Shown here: in pieces, positions 10,141 to 18,093 of the stretch | Layout: each line of letters opens with the position of its first letter | Numbering within the stretch: position 1 is the first letter of the stretch | NCBI RefSeq assembly: GCF_003001995.1 | Contig: NZ_PVNB01000019.1 | Span: 29,120-61,119, forward strand | DNA from: Orenia metallireducens | Lineage (GTDB): Bacteria > Bacillota > Halanaerobiia > Halobacteroidales > Halobacteroidaceae | DNA: 32,000 bases | Direction: 5' to 3' | The notes under the pieces: model-generated | Databases searched by the model: none | What the model was told of the DNA's origin: nothing | What the model saw: only the letters and a program-made list of their open reading frames with translations | Made by a program: the position numbers and the translations under genes

Positions 10141-10236
10141 AATAAATCCTCCCTTTTTAAATGCAATGAATAGTTAATAATTAATGGTGAATAGTAAAAA
10201 ACTCAAAACTATTTTTTATTAGTTATTCTTTGTTCT

Positions 10237-10872
10237 CTACATTAATCCTACTAATTTAAAGATTCCTATCCTTAGAATATTTATAGCAGGACTCAATATT
10301 ACTCCAATTCCATTGGTAAATAGTAAAAATAGTAGAATAAAAGGTCCATAGGCTTCTAAATTATAGATAAATTTATTCATACTAGCTGGCAACAATCCCG
10401 CTAATATCTTAGAACCATCTAAAGGTGGTACTGGCAATAAATTAAAGACAGCCAATCCTAGATTTAGATAAATCCCTGTGATAAATAGAGTATTAACGAC
10501 TCTTGGGTCTATTAAAGTATAAAAGAAATTACCTACAAATCTATATAAGAATGCAAAGCCTATAGCTAGTGTTATATTTGATAAAGGACCAGCCAATCCT
10601 ACTAGCATCATCCCCTTTTTACGATCTTTAAAATAACGAGGATTGACCTGTACTGGCTTAGCCCAACCGAATCTACGGGTAATCAGTAATACTAATGTTC
10701 CCATCGGATCTAAATGGGCTAAGGGGTTTAAAGTCAAACGACCAGTCATCTTTGGTGTTGGATCACCTAATAAATCTGCCATCTTTCCATGGGCATATTC
10801 ATGAAAGGATAAAGATAATAACAAAATAGGTATTAATAAGACCAATTCTGCAATTGTATTCACTTTATTCAC
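10237..10872 (-). CDS. Site-2 protease family (peptidase M50) membrane metalloprotease
   Basis: HEYAHG (HExxH) and NLLPVPPLDG motifs in a polytopic membrane protein. GTG start overlaps the upstream stop. Confidence 0.8.
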   Translation of the reverse strand: MNKVNTIAELVLLIPILLLSLSFHEYAHGKMADLLGDPTPKMTGRLTLNPLAHLDPMGTLVLLITRRFGWAKPVQVNPRYFKDRKKGMMLVGLAGPLSNITLAIGFAFLYRFVGNFFYTLIDPRVVNTLFITGIYLNLGLAVFNLLPVPPLDGSKILAGLLPASMNKFIYNLEAYGPFILLFLLFTNGIGVILSPAINILRIGIFKLVGLM

Positions 10873-13498
10873 CCCTCTTTTCTATATAATCTCGCAGATA
10901 TCTCTGCTCTTGTTGATAATTCACAATCTTTCCATCTAATTTGGCCTTCTTAACTGCTTGCAAAGCATCTTGAAAGAAAGGACCTGGTTTATAACCAAAG
11001 TCAATAATATCCTCTCCAGAGACTTTGATATCTATCCAGCGTAGCTCTTCTAAATATAGCTTAACCTTATCCTTTAAAGTAAAATCTTTAATCAATAGTA
11101 ATAGTAAATCTTCAATCGCAAAGCCTTCCAATAAATAATAGATCTCACTATTATCCTCTGCAGCTTTTAACCTACTGCTAAGGCTATCAAAACTTAAAGT
11201 AAAGAATAAGCGATAAGATAGATTCTTATTTAAATTAAACTTCTGATTAAACTCTTTAATCTGTTCATGATTCATCCCCCAGATTAGAACCATCAAATAG
11301 AGTACCCATTCATTAAATTTAAAGGAGAGATTTAAAGTCTTCAACCACTCTAACACATCTACTACTTTAGTGGCTAACTTTTCTTTCTCTTCATTCCACC
11401 GGATATCTGGAGAGATATAACTTAAAATATTCTCCTCTTGTAATAGATTAATAAATTTAATTGGGTACTTATCCTGTAAACCCAGCTGTAATTTACTAAA
11501 AAGTCTATTATTACTTAGCTTCTCTATCACATCTAGATCAACAGCCTGCTTAATCAACTCTTTGGTACGGGGTTCAAATTTAAATCCATAGCGGCTAGCA
11601 AATCTCAATCCTCTAAAGATTCTAGTTGGGTCATCATATAGACTGAAATTGTGTAAGAGTCTAATAACTCCTTGCTCTAAATCTTCTCTGCCATTAAAAT
11701 AATCGACAAGCTGACCAAAGGAGTGACCATTTAACTGAATAGCTAGAGCATTGATAGAGAAGTCCCTTCTAAAGAGATCCTGTTGAATACAACCAAGCTC
11801 TACCTCAGGAAGACTAGCAATTCCAGAATAATACTCAACTCTAGTTGTAGCCACATCTAATTTCATCCCATCCTCTAAGGTCAATACTGCTGTACCAAAT
11901 TCATGATAGATATCAAGCTCCCCTTTTAACTCTTTATTGAGCCTACGAGCAAATTCAATTCCATCACCTTCAACCACCAAATCTAAATCTAGATTGGCTT
12001 TACCCAATAATAGATCACGGACAAATCCACCAACAATATATAGATTATACTCTAACTCCTCTGCTAGAGCACCTGCCTTTTTAAATAGCTGAAGGGTCTG
12101 TTGATCTATTAGTTTCAACCTATCACTGATATCATACCTCTTCTCTTGTACCTTTACTAGACTTCTACCGTAAAGGTGCTGCCTGTTCTTTAAATAATCA
12201 TCCCTACCATAAAAGATTCTCAACAGGTCATTTCTAGTAATAATACCTACCAATTCACCTTCAGAGTCAAGTACTGGTAGGCGCCCAACATTATTCTCTA
12301 CAATAGCATCCTGTACCTCTTTCAAGGATGCTGTTTCATTAATAGTAACTACCCCATTGGACATATAGCCTTTTACGGGAGCATGTAATAAGCCATGCTT
12401 TCTCACCTTATCTATATCATTGCGAGATATGATCCCTATAATCTCATCATCATCTGCAACTATCAATCCAGAGTACCCTTCCTCCAACATAATTTCATCG
12501 GCTTTGCCCATAGTTGTATCAGAGGTTATAGTTCTTACAGGGCTTGACATAATATCTTTAACTAAGACTGCTGGATTGACCCGCTCTTTAACAATACATA
12601 ATAGATCCTCTTGATAATCTAGCAAGTCCTTATCATCTTCGGCTTTTAAATTGGCTGAGGCCGCCCTTGTGTGACCACCTCCACCATAATATTTCAATAT
12701 CTCTGCTACATTGATACTATCATTATTGCTACGACCAATAATCAGTACCTTACTATCATATTTAACCAGTACAAATAAAGCATCAGAGTTATGTAATTCA
12801 TTTAACTTATGGGCTAATAATGAAATATCTGGGACATATTCATCGATCTCTGATTGGAAGATATCGATTTCAAAGCCCTTAATATGAATTGGATGGATAG
12901 AATCCAACAATTTATTGAATAATTGATGTTGCTTTCGGCTCAAAGAGTACTCTATATACTCTTCAACCACTTCCAAGTTTGCCCCTTTCTCCAGTAAGTA
13001 AGCTACTGCCTGAGCATCTTTAACAGTAGTACTCTTATAGACTAAGCAACCTGTATCCTCATAGATTCCTAGAGCAAATAAGGTGGCTTCAAAGGAGGTT
13101 ATCTCAATACCTTTCTTCTTCAACCTACTGACCAGCATAGTCGTAGTTGCTCCAACCTCTTCAATAATTTCCTCGGCATTCTCTAAATTTCTCTGTCGCT
13201 CAAGGTGATGATCATAGATTAATACATCAATCCCATCACTTTTGACTAGTTTAGAAAAAGCACCTACCCTTGAGGCAACTCTAGTATCTACCATAATTAC
13301 TTTAGTAACTTTAGATTTATCTATCTCTTTAGCATATTTAATAGGAATTCTGCCTTTATATAAAGTCGTAAATTTCTTCACATTATTAGTTAACTTACCT
13401 GAAAAGACCATAGTAGCTTGAGGATGTAACTTCTGTGCTGCTACCATAGAAGCTAGTCCATCAAAATCAGTTCTTTGATGACTGATAATTATCTCCAT
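10865..13498 (-). CDS. DHH/DHHA1 phosphoesterase - tandem CBS - CCA-adding/poly(A) polymerase-family nucleotidyltransferase fusion
   Basis: DHH (IYDHH), DHHA1 (GGGGH), two CBS-like segments, and the nucleotidyltransferase head motif GGFVRDLLLG...DLDLVV. I place the start at the ATG at 13498 (MEIIISHQ), preceded by AAGGGAGGAA, rather than the GTG at 13519. Confidence 0.8.
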   Translation of the reverse strand: MEIIISHQRTDFDGLASMVAAQKLHPQATMVFSGKLTNNVKKFTTLYKGRIPIKYAKEIDKSKVTKVIMVDTRVASRVGAFSKLVKSDGIDVLIYDHHLERQRNLENAEEIIEEVGATTTMLVSRLKKKGIEITSFEATLFALGIYEDTGCLVYKSTTVKDAQAVAYLLEKGANLEVVEEYIEYSLSRKQHQLFNKLLDSIHPIHIKGFEIDIFQSEIDEYVPDISLLAHKLNELHNSDALFVLVKYDSKVLIIGRSNNDSINVAEILKYYGGGGHTRAASANLKAEDDKDLLDYQEDLLCIVKERVNPAVLVKDIMSSPVRTITSDTTMGKADEIMLEEGYSGLIVADDDEIIGIISRNDIDKVRKHGLLHAPVKGYMSNGVVTINETASLKEVQDAIVENNVGRLPVLDSEGELVGIITRNDLLRIFYGRDDYLKNRQHLYGRSLVKVQEKRYDISDRLKLIDQQTLQLFKKAGALAEELEYNLYIVGGFVRDLLLGKANLDLDLVVEGDGIEFARRLNKELKGELDIYHEFGTAVLTLEDGMKLDVATTRVEYYSGIASLPEVELGCIQQDLFRRDFSINALAIQLNGHSFGQLVDYFNGREDLEQGVIRLLHNFSLYDDPTRIFRGLRFASRYGFKFEPRTKELIKQAVDLDVIEKLSNNRLFSKLQLGLQDKYPIKFINLLQEENILSYISPDIRWNEEKEKLATKVVDVLEWLKTLNLSFKFNEWVLYLMVLIWGMNHEQIKEFNQKFNLNKNLSYRLFFTLSFDSLSSRLKAAEDNSEIYYLLEGFAIEDLLLLLIKDFTLKDKVKLYLEELRWIDIKVSGEDIIDFGYKPGPFFQDALQAVKKAKLDGKIVNYQQEQRYLRDYIEKRGE

Positions 13499-13555
13499 GT
13501 TTCCTCCCTTTAAACTCACTTTTTTTATAATTTAGAAATTATCACATTAAAATTT

Positions 13556-13564
13556 ATTATAACA
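13556..13564 (-). promoter_or_regulatory. Extended -10 promoter element (TGTTATAAT) upstream of the DHH-CBS-CCA gene
   Basis: Minus strand reads GATGTGTTATAATAAA ~55 nt upstream of the start. This is a perfect TGnTATAAT with a poor -35. Confidence 0.4.
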
Positions 13565-13670
13565 CATCTAACCGATAAAAAAAAGAAATTGCTAGATTAG
13601 AGAACTATTAGTAATCACAAGGAAGTATCCTTATAAATTATATCTAACAAAATATAGCTAAGAGAAATGA

Positions 13671-13700
13671 TTAAGTACCACAGCTAGCTGTGGTACTTAA
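13671..13700 (-). terminator. Terminator hairpin after pilQ
   Basis: 30-nt perfect palindrome TTAAGTACCACAGCTAGCTGTGGTACTTAA, 75 nt after the pilQ stop, followed on the minus strand by TCATTTCTCTT. Confidence 0.6.
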
Positions 13701-13774
13701 TCAACAAACTTTATAATAGCTTAGGCACAAGTAAGACCATCTCTATAATAAACAGAAATTTAAATCTAAGCTTG

Positions 13775-15352
13775 CTATAATTCATACCCTTTATGATACT
13801 TAAAGTCCTTAATATAAAATTTTAAGCCTTGCTTTTTAAGCAGTTGCCCTGTTTTTTGAGCTGAAGCCATAGTCTTAAAAGGACCTAACTGTACTTTATA
13901 AGTCCCTTCATTTACAATATCAGCTTCAAAACCTTTTTTCTTTAATTCTTGCGAGAAATTTCTAGCATTCTCTTCTTTATCAAAAGCACCAACTTGAATT
14001 ATAAAAGCTTTAAGCAAATCATCATTAGATGCCTTTTGGCTAACTAATAACAGTTCTTTGTGATCCTGTTCTTTCTTTAAGCTGATATTTTCTTGGTTAT
14101 CATTAATATTTTCTGTCTCTATAGAGGGCTTCTTATCTTGTTTTTTAGTTGGAGTATCTAAGCCACTATTATCATTAATAATCTTAGGAGTAATAAAGAT
14201 AATCAACTCTCTCTTTTCACTTTCAAAGTTCTTTTGACTAAAGAGCTTGCCTAAAATAGGTAGATCACCTAACAGGGGAACTTTAGACATAGTTTCATAC
14301 TCTTTTTCTTGAATCAATCCACCAATAGCTAAAGTCTCTCCACTATTGACCTTGACCTTAGTTCCAACCTTCTTGATACTAACTGTAGGATACCGGGTCC
14401 CATTAATCTCAACCCAGTCTAAAAAGGTGGTTATCTCTGGCTGTAAATCGATAAAAATATTATTGTCATCAGTTATCTTAGGGGTTATCTTCAAATCAAT
14501 CCCGATATTCTTAAACTCTATCTCCTGAGAGGTCTCATCCTCATCTGTTGTCTGGAGTGTTAAAATAGGAATCTCATCACCGATATTGATATTGGCCTCT
14601 TCACCTTCAATCGTTGTAATCTTTGGATTTGCCAAAACATTGGCTACCCCTGAACTCTCTAAAGCCTCTAAAGAGACACTATAATTGAAGTTTAGATTCC
14701 CAATCTTTAAATTCGGCGTAGTACTTGAACTCCCATCATCTACCTTGCCCTCACCTGAAAACTCCCAATTGACCCCTAAATCCTTTAACCCTGTATGGGA
14801 TATCTCTTCAAAACGAACCTGTAAAGCAATCTGCCTTCTAGAGTAATCTAAGGCAGCAATAGTCTCTTCAATTTGATCGAAATTACTTTCATAAGTTGTA
14901 ATAATTAGACTATTAGTGCGCTGATTAATCTTGATTGCCCCATCATCGATTAAATGGTCTAAATTCTCTTTGATCTTTTCTGGGTCAGAGTTTTTGAGTT
15001 TAAAGACTCTAGTTAGCTTAGCTTCATAATTCTTCTTTATCTTCTCAGTAGGAGCAACAAAGATGGTATTATGAATAATTTTATAGCTTAAACCATTGGT
15101 CTTAGTTAGAATATCCATCGCTTCTAAGAAGGACACATTGTCTAAATAAAGGGTAATCTTTCCCTCTATCGAGCTATCAGTGGCTATATTCATTTCTGCT
15201 GTCTCTGCCAAGATTCTAAAGGCCTCTATTAAGTCCATATCCTTAAAATTGAGATTAATCTTATCTTCCTTAGATAACGCCTGTCCAGTAGAATTAAATA
15301 AAAATAATAGCAGTAATAGTAGTATAAATTGATTAATCCTCTTTCTTTTAAT
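13775..15352 (-). CDS. pilQ: Type IV pilus secretin PilQ with C-terminal SPOR domain; predicted non-canonical (ATT/ATC) start
   Basis: Secretin C-domain signatures (VLANPKITTIEGEEANINIGDEIPI; LAIGGLI...SKVPLLGDLPILGKLF...RELIIFITPKII). The last ~78 aa resemble a SPOR repeat. The ORF track starts at the ATG at 15238, but the open frame continues upstream and encodes IKRKRINQFILLLLLLFLFNSTGQA (a Sec signal peptide) behind AAGGAGG. See the finding. Confidence 0.85.
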   Translation of the reverse strand: MKRKRINQFILLLLLLFLFNSTGQALSKEDKINLNFKDMDLIEAFRILAETAEMNIATDSSIEGKITLYLDNVSFLEAMDILTKTNGLSYKIIHNTIFVAPTEKIKKNYEAKLTRVFKLKNSDPEKIKENLDHLIDDGAIKINQRTNSLIITTYESNFDQIEETIAALDYSRRQIALQVRFEEISHTGLKDLGVNWEFSGEGKVDDGSSSTTPNLKIGNLNFNYSVSLEALESSGVANVLANPKITTIEGEEANINIGDEIPILTLQTTDEDETSQEIEFKNIGIDLKITPKITDDNNIFIDLQPEITTFLDWVEINGTRYPTVSIKKVGTKVKVNSGETLAIGGLIQEKEYETMSKVPLLGDLPILGKLFSQKNFESEKRELIIFITPKIINDNSGLDTPTKKQDKKPSIETENINDNQENISLKKEQDHKELLLVSQKASNDDLLKAFIIQVGAFDKEENARNFSQELKKKGFEADIVNEGTYKVQLGPFKTMASAQKTGQLLKKQGLKFYIKDFKYHKGYEL

Positions 15353-15427
15353 GATTCTCCCCTCCTTTTTTTAGAAAGATTTGATAATGTATATATCTCA
15401 TTCTGAAATAAAGTTTAAGATAGATAA

Positions 15428-15532
15428 TGCGACATTTTCGTTATTTTATAAATTTTAATCTTTTTGTAGAGTCTGGTCGCGACCAGACCCTACTTTAGAA
15501 ATTGTTCGTTATCCATTTGAAAAAATGTCACA
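15428..15532. repeat. Nested palindromic element in the pilP-pilQ gap
   Basis: GC-rich 28-nt palindrome GTAGAGTCTGGTCGCGACCAGACCCTAC (15466-15493; 13 of 14 arm positions complementary). It is flanked by the direct repeat TTCGTTAT (15437-15444 and 15505-15512) and by the outer inverted repeat TGCGACATTTT / AAAATGTCACA (15428-15438 and 15522-15532; 10/11). Confidence 0.6.
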
Positions 15533-15608
15533 ATATACCCACATAAAAGATACTATTTATCCTGAAGTTTAACTAGAACGATGAATATAATAGACAATGT
15601 AATCACCT

Positions 15609-16136
15609 CTAATCTCTATCATCAATTCTAAATTCAAAGTAACTCTCACCCTTTTTAAAGGTAGCACTATTTCTAGAGATATCTACTAGAGTAAACCTAT
15701 CGATTTCCTGCCCCTTACTAAGGCGTTTATAATCTCCAGCAAATTCGATATTAACACGCCGATATTCACCAATTATCACTATCCCCTTCAAATCAAAGTC
15801 AGGTCGTTGAATCTCTATCTTCTGCTTTTTCTCAATCTTCTCTTTAACTTCATTATTATTTTTAACCTCTTTAACTCTATCCTCTGCTAGTTTCGTTGCC
15901 ATAGCTACTGCTAGCTTAGAGTTAAAAGGTGATTTCAGTTCAACATCACTATCACTAACTTGACTCTCATTTTTGGGGGATATCTTTATCTTGTGAGACT
16001 CTTTAAGATTACCTTTAGCTATTTTCTCCTTAAAAGCATTTATCTCTTCTCTTTTTTGCCCCCAATTATCTTGATGGTGAAAATACAGTCCACAACTTAG
16101 AATTACTAGCAGTACTAAAATTATCAGTTTTCTCAA
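15609..16136 (-). CDS. pilP: PilP-like pilus assembly lipoprotein
   Basis: Signal peptide with a lipobox-like VILSCG. K/E-rich linker. C-terminal beta-rich module (DFDLKGIVIIGEYRRVNIEFAGDYKRLSKGQEIDRFTLVDISRNSATF) resembling the PilP/GspC homology region. Positioned between pilO and pilQ. TTG start directly after the pilO stop. Confidence 0.55.
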   Translation of the reverse strand: MRKLIILVLLVILSCGLYFHHQDNWGQKREEINAFKEKIAKGNLKESHKIKISPKNESQVSDSDVELKSPFNSKLAVAMATKLAEDRVKEVKNNNEVKEKIEKKQKIEIQRPDFDLKGIVIIGEYRRVNIEFAGDYKRLSKGQEIDRFTLVDISRNSATFKKGESYFEFRIDDRD

Positions 16137-16625
16137 TTATGACTCATTCCTCTCTATAGGAAAAAGGAGGGATACATTTACGACCACTTCTTCTTTACTC
16201 TGTCTGATATTTATAGCTTTGGTATTATAGAGATATTCAATACTCTCTAAAAGATCATATATCTCTTGAAAATTCCCATTGATTTCCAAAGAGATTAATA
16301 GTTCTTCCTTAGGCGGTAGTGTGAAATCTACCTTTTTAATAATTGTATAACTATTCAATTTGATAATAAAGCTATTTATTTCATCCTTATTTAAGAGATT
16401 ATTATCACTACCTTCTTCTAATTCTGCTAATAGAGACTTATACTCCTCCTCTAACTTCTGCAAGGCCAATACTTCTACTCTCTTCTTATCTAATTCGCTA
16501 CTCAGATGGCTAAATTCGATAATATTCTGTTGATATTTAGCATATAAGGGGTTATAGATAAATTCATAGAATCCAGACCCTATTAGTAATAGGATTAGTA
16601 CAATCACAAGCCATTTTTTCCACAT
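16137..16625 (-). CDS. pilO: PilO-like pilus assembly protein
   Basis: 162 aa: N-terminal TM helix, coiled coil, small C-terminal domain. Position after pilN. AAAGGAGAA SD. Confidence 0.6.
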   Translation of the reverse strand: MWKKWLVIVLILLLIGSGFYEFIYNPLYAKYQQNIIEFSHLSSELDKKRVEVLALQKLEEEYKSLLAELEEGSDNNLLNKDEINSFIIKLNSYTIIKKVDFTLPPKEELLISLEINGNFQEIYDLLESIEYLYNTKAINIRQSKEEVVVNVSLLFPIERNES

Positions 16626-16627
16626 CT

Positions 16628-17152
16628 CTATTCTCCTTTCTGCAGGGTCCCCCTTAGCTTAAATTCAAGTCTATCATCTAATTTATCAATTCCTTCTAAA
16701 TAGAACTCATCGAAAAAATCAGATACTTCTAGCCTTTGGTTTAACTGATTTAAATACTTTACCTCAGTTGTAACACCTAAAAGTTGAAAATTATTATTGC
16801 TCAATTGAAAATTCTTCAAATATAATTGATTGGAATATAATAAATCAAGCTCTTTAAAAATCCTAGTAGAAGAAACCATCTTTGCTAAAAATTCATTCTT
16901 TTCACTTAATTTCTCCTCTATATTCCTTCTTTTATCCTTTAAATCCTCCACCTTAAGTAGGCTACTATCTAATTTTGATAGCTCCGTTCTAATTGCTTCT
17001 TGTTTCAATTCTAACTCTTTATTCTCAAAATATAGTTTTAAGTATATATGGCTTATAGAAGCAATCAAAACCAGAGACAGTAACGCCCCTACAAAGATAA
17101 GGTTATTAATCCTCTCTTTCTTAAAAAAATCATCAGTTAAGAAATTAACCAT
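16628..17152 (-). CDS. pilN: PilN-like pilus assembly protein
   Basis: Short cytoplasmic N-terminus, one TM helix (LIFVGALLSLVLIASISHIYL), coiled coil. Follows pilM. I prefer the ATG at 17152 (AAGGGG SD 8 nt upstream) over the GTG at 17161. Confidence 0.6.
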   Translation of the reverse strand: MVNFLTDDFFKKERINNLIFVGALLSLVLIASISHIYLKLYFENKELELKQEAIRTELSKLDSSLLKVEDLKDKRRNIEEKLSEKNEFLAKMVSSTRIFKELDLLYSNQLYLKNFQLSNNNFQLLGVTTEVKYLNQLNQRLEVSDFFDEFYLEGIDKLDDRLEFKLRGTLQKGE

Positions 17153-17177
17153 AGAAAACACCCCTTAATGAAGTTAA

Positions 17178-18035
17178 CTACTCTTCTCTTAAAGCCAGCC
17201 CCTTTACTACAGAGTATAAATTATCCTCTAGCTTAATAGCCTCTATCCCAATCTGATCCTCTAAATAGCTCTGCAGCCCTTTAAAATTACTACTGCCTCC
17301 AGTCAAAAAAAGCTTAGCTACCCTTACCTTATACTCTGACTGAAAATAATCTATCGATTGATAGATTTGGCTCCTTAATTCCTCTAATATAATCCTTAAC
17401 TCTTCCTTAGTAACCCCTTGTTTCTTATAACGTTCTGCTTGCTCAGAGGTGATTCTATTGATAGTAGCTAATTTCTCAGTAATATGCCTTCCTGCAAAAT
17501 CAAAACTCCTTAAAAAGATCAGCCTTCCACCTTGGGCAATAATTAAATCTGTGGTCTTATCGCCAATATCTATCAATGATACCGTCTCACTCAAATCAGG
17601 ATATTGGCTATATAAGTATCTGATATTGGCATGAAATTCCGTTTCTACAACTTTAGGTTTTAGCTTTAAAGCCTTTAGCTGCTCAAAACGCTCTTTAATC
17701 AAAGGCTTCTCAACCCCATATCCTATCACATACTTCTCTTGTAAAGATTCTACTACCTCATGCTGAATCACCAAATTCTCATCGGCAAATTCAAGCTCTA
17801 CCATCTGTTCAATTTCTTTTGTTGATAGGTCATCGGGTATTTTGATAAATTTTATTTTAATATCTTTAGTACTGATGGAAGTGATAGTATCTTTAGAAGT
17901 AAAATTTTTCAATTCTTCTATAGTTAGCTGCTTGTATTCTCCTGTTTTAAATTTATTCTCTTTAAATTCAGCTATCTTAATAGAGTTGCTGATTTCTATC
18001 CCTAATCTTCCTGAATTTTTAAAGATATTGAACAA
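17178..18035 (-). CDS. pilM: PilM, actin-like pilus assembly ATPase-fold protein
   Basis: N-terminus LGIEISNSIKIAEF, central IDIGDKTTDLII and C-terminal LFLTGGSSNFKGL motifs typical of the PilM/FtsA fold. I prefer the TTG at 18035 (MFNIFKNSGRLGIEIS), 6 nt after GGAGGT. The ORF-track start at 18107 overlaps the upstream gene. Confidence 0.8.
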   Translation of the reverse strand: MFNIFKNSGRLGIEISNSIKIAEFKENKFKTGEYKQLTIEELKNFTSKDTITSISTKDIKIKFIKIPDDLSTKEIEQMVELEFADENLVIQHEVVESLQEKYVIGYGVEKPLIKERFEQLKALKLKPKVVETEFHANIRYLYSQYPDLSETVSLIDIGDKTTDLIIAQGGRLIFLRSFDFAGRHITEKLATINRITSEQAERYKKQGVTKEELRIILEELRSQIYQSIDYFQSEYKVRVAKLFLTGGSSNFKGLQSYLEDQIGIEAIKLEDNLYSVVKGLALREE

Positions 18036-18093
18036 AATCTCACCTCCAAATCTAAAATATCCAATTAATATTAAATTCTTATACTTATCAATC

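Noticed and set aside
10141-10236. T-box leader upstream of trpS
   Set aside because: The gap is only 96 nt. I saw no specifier-loop / T-box (AAxxGGGUGGUACCGCG-like) sequence and no terminator/antiterminator pair.
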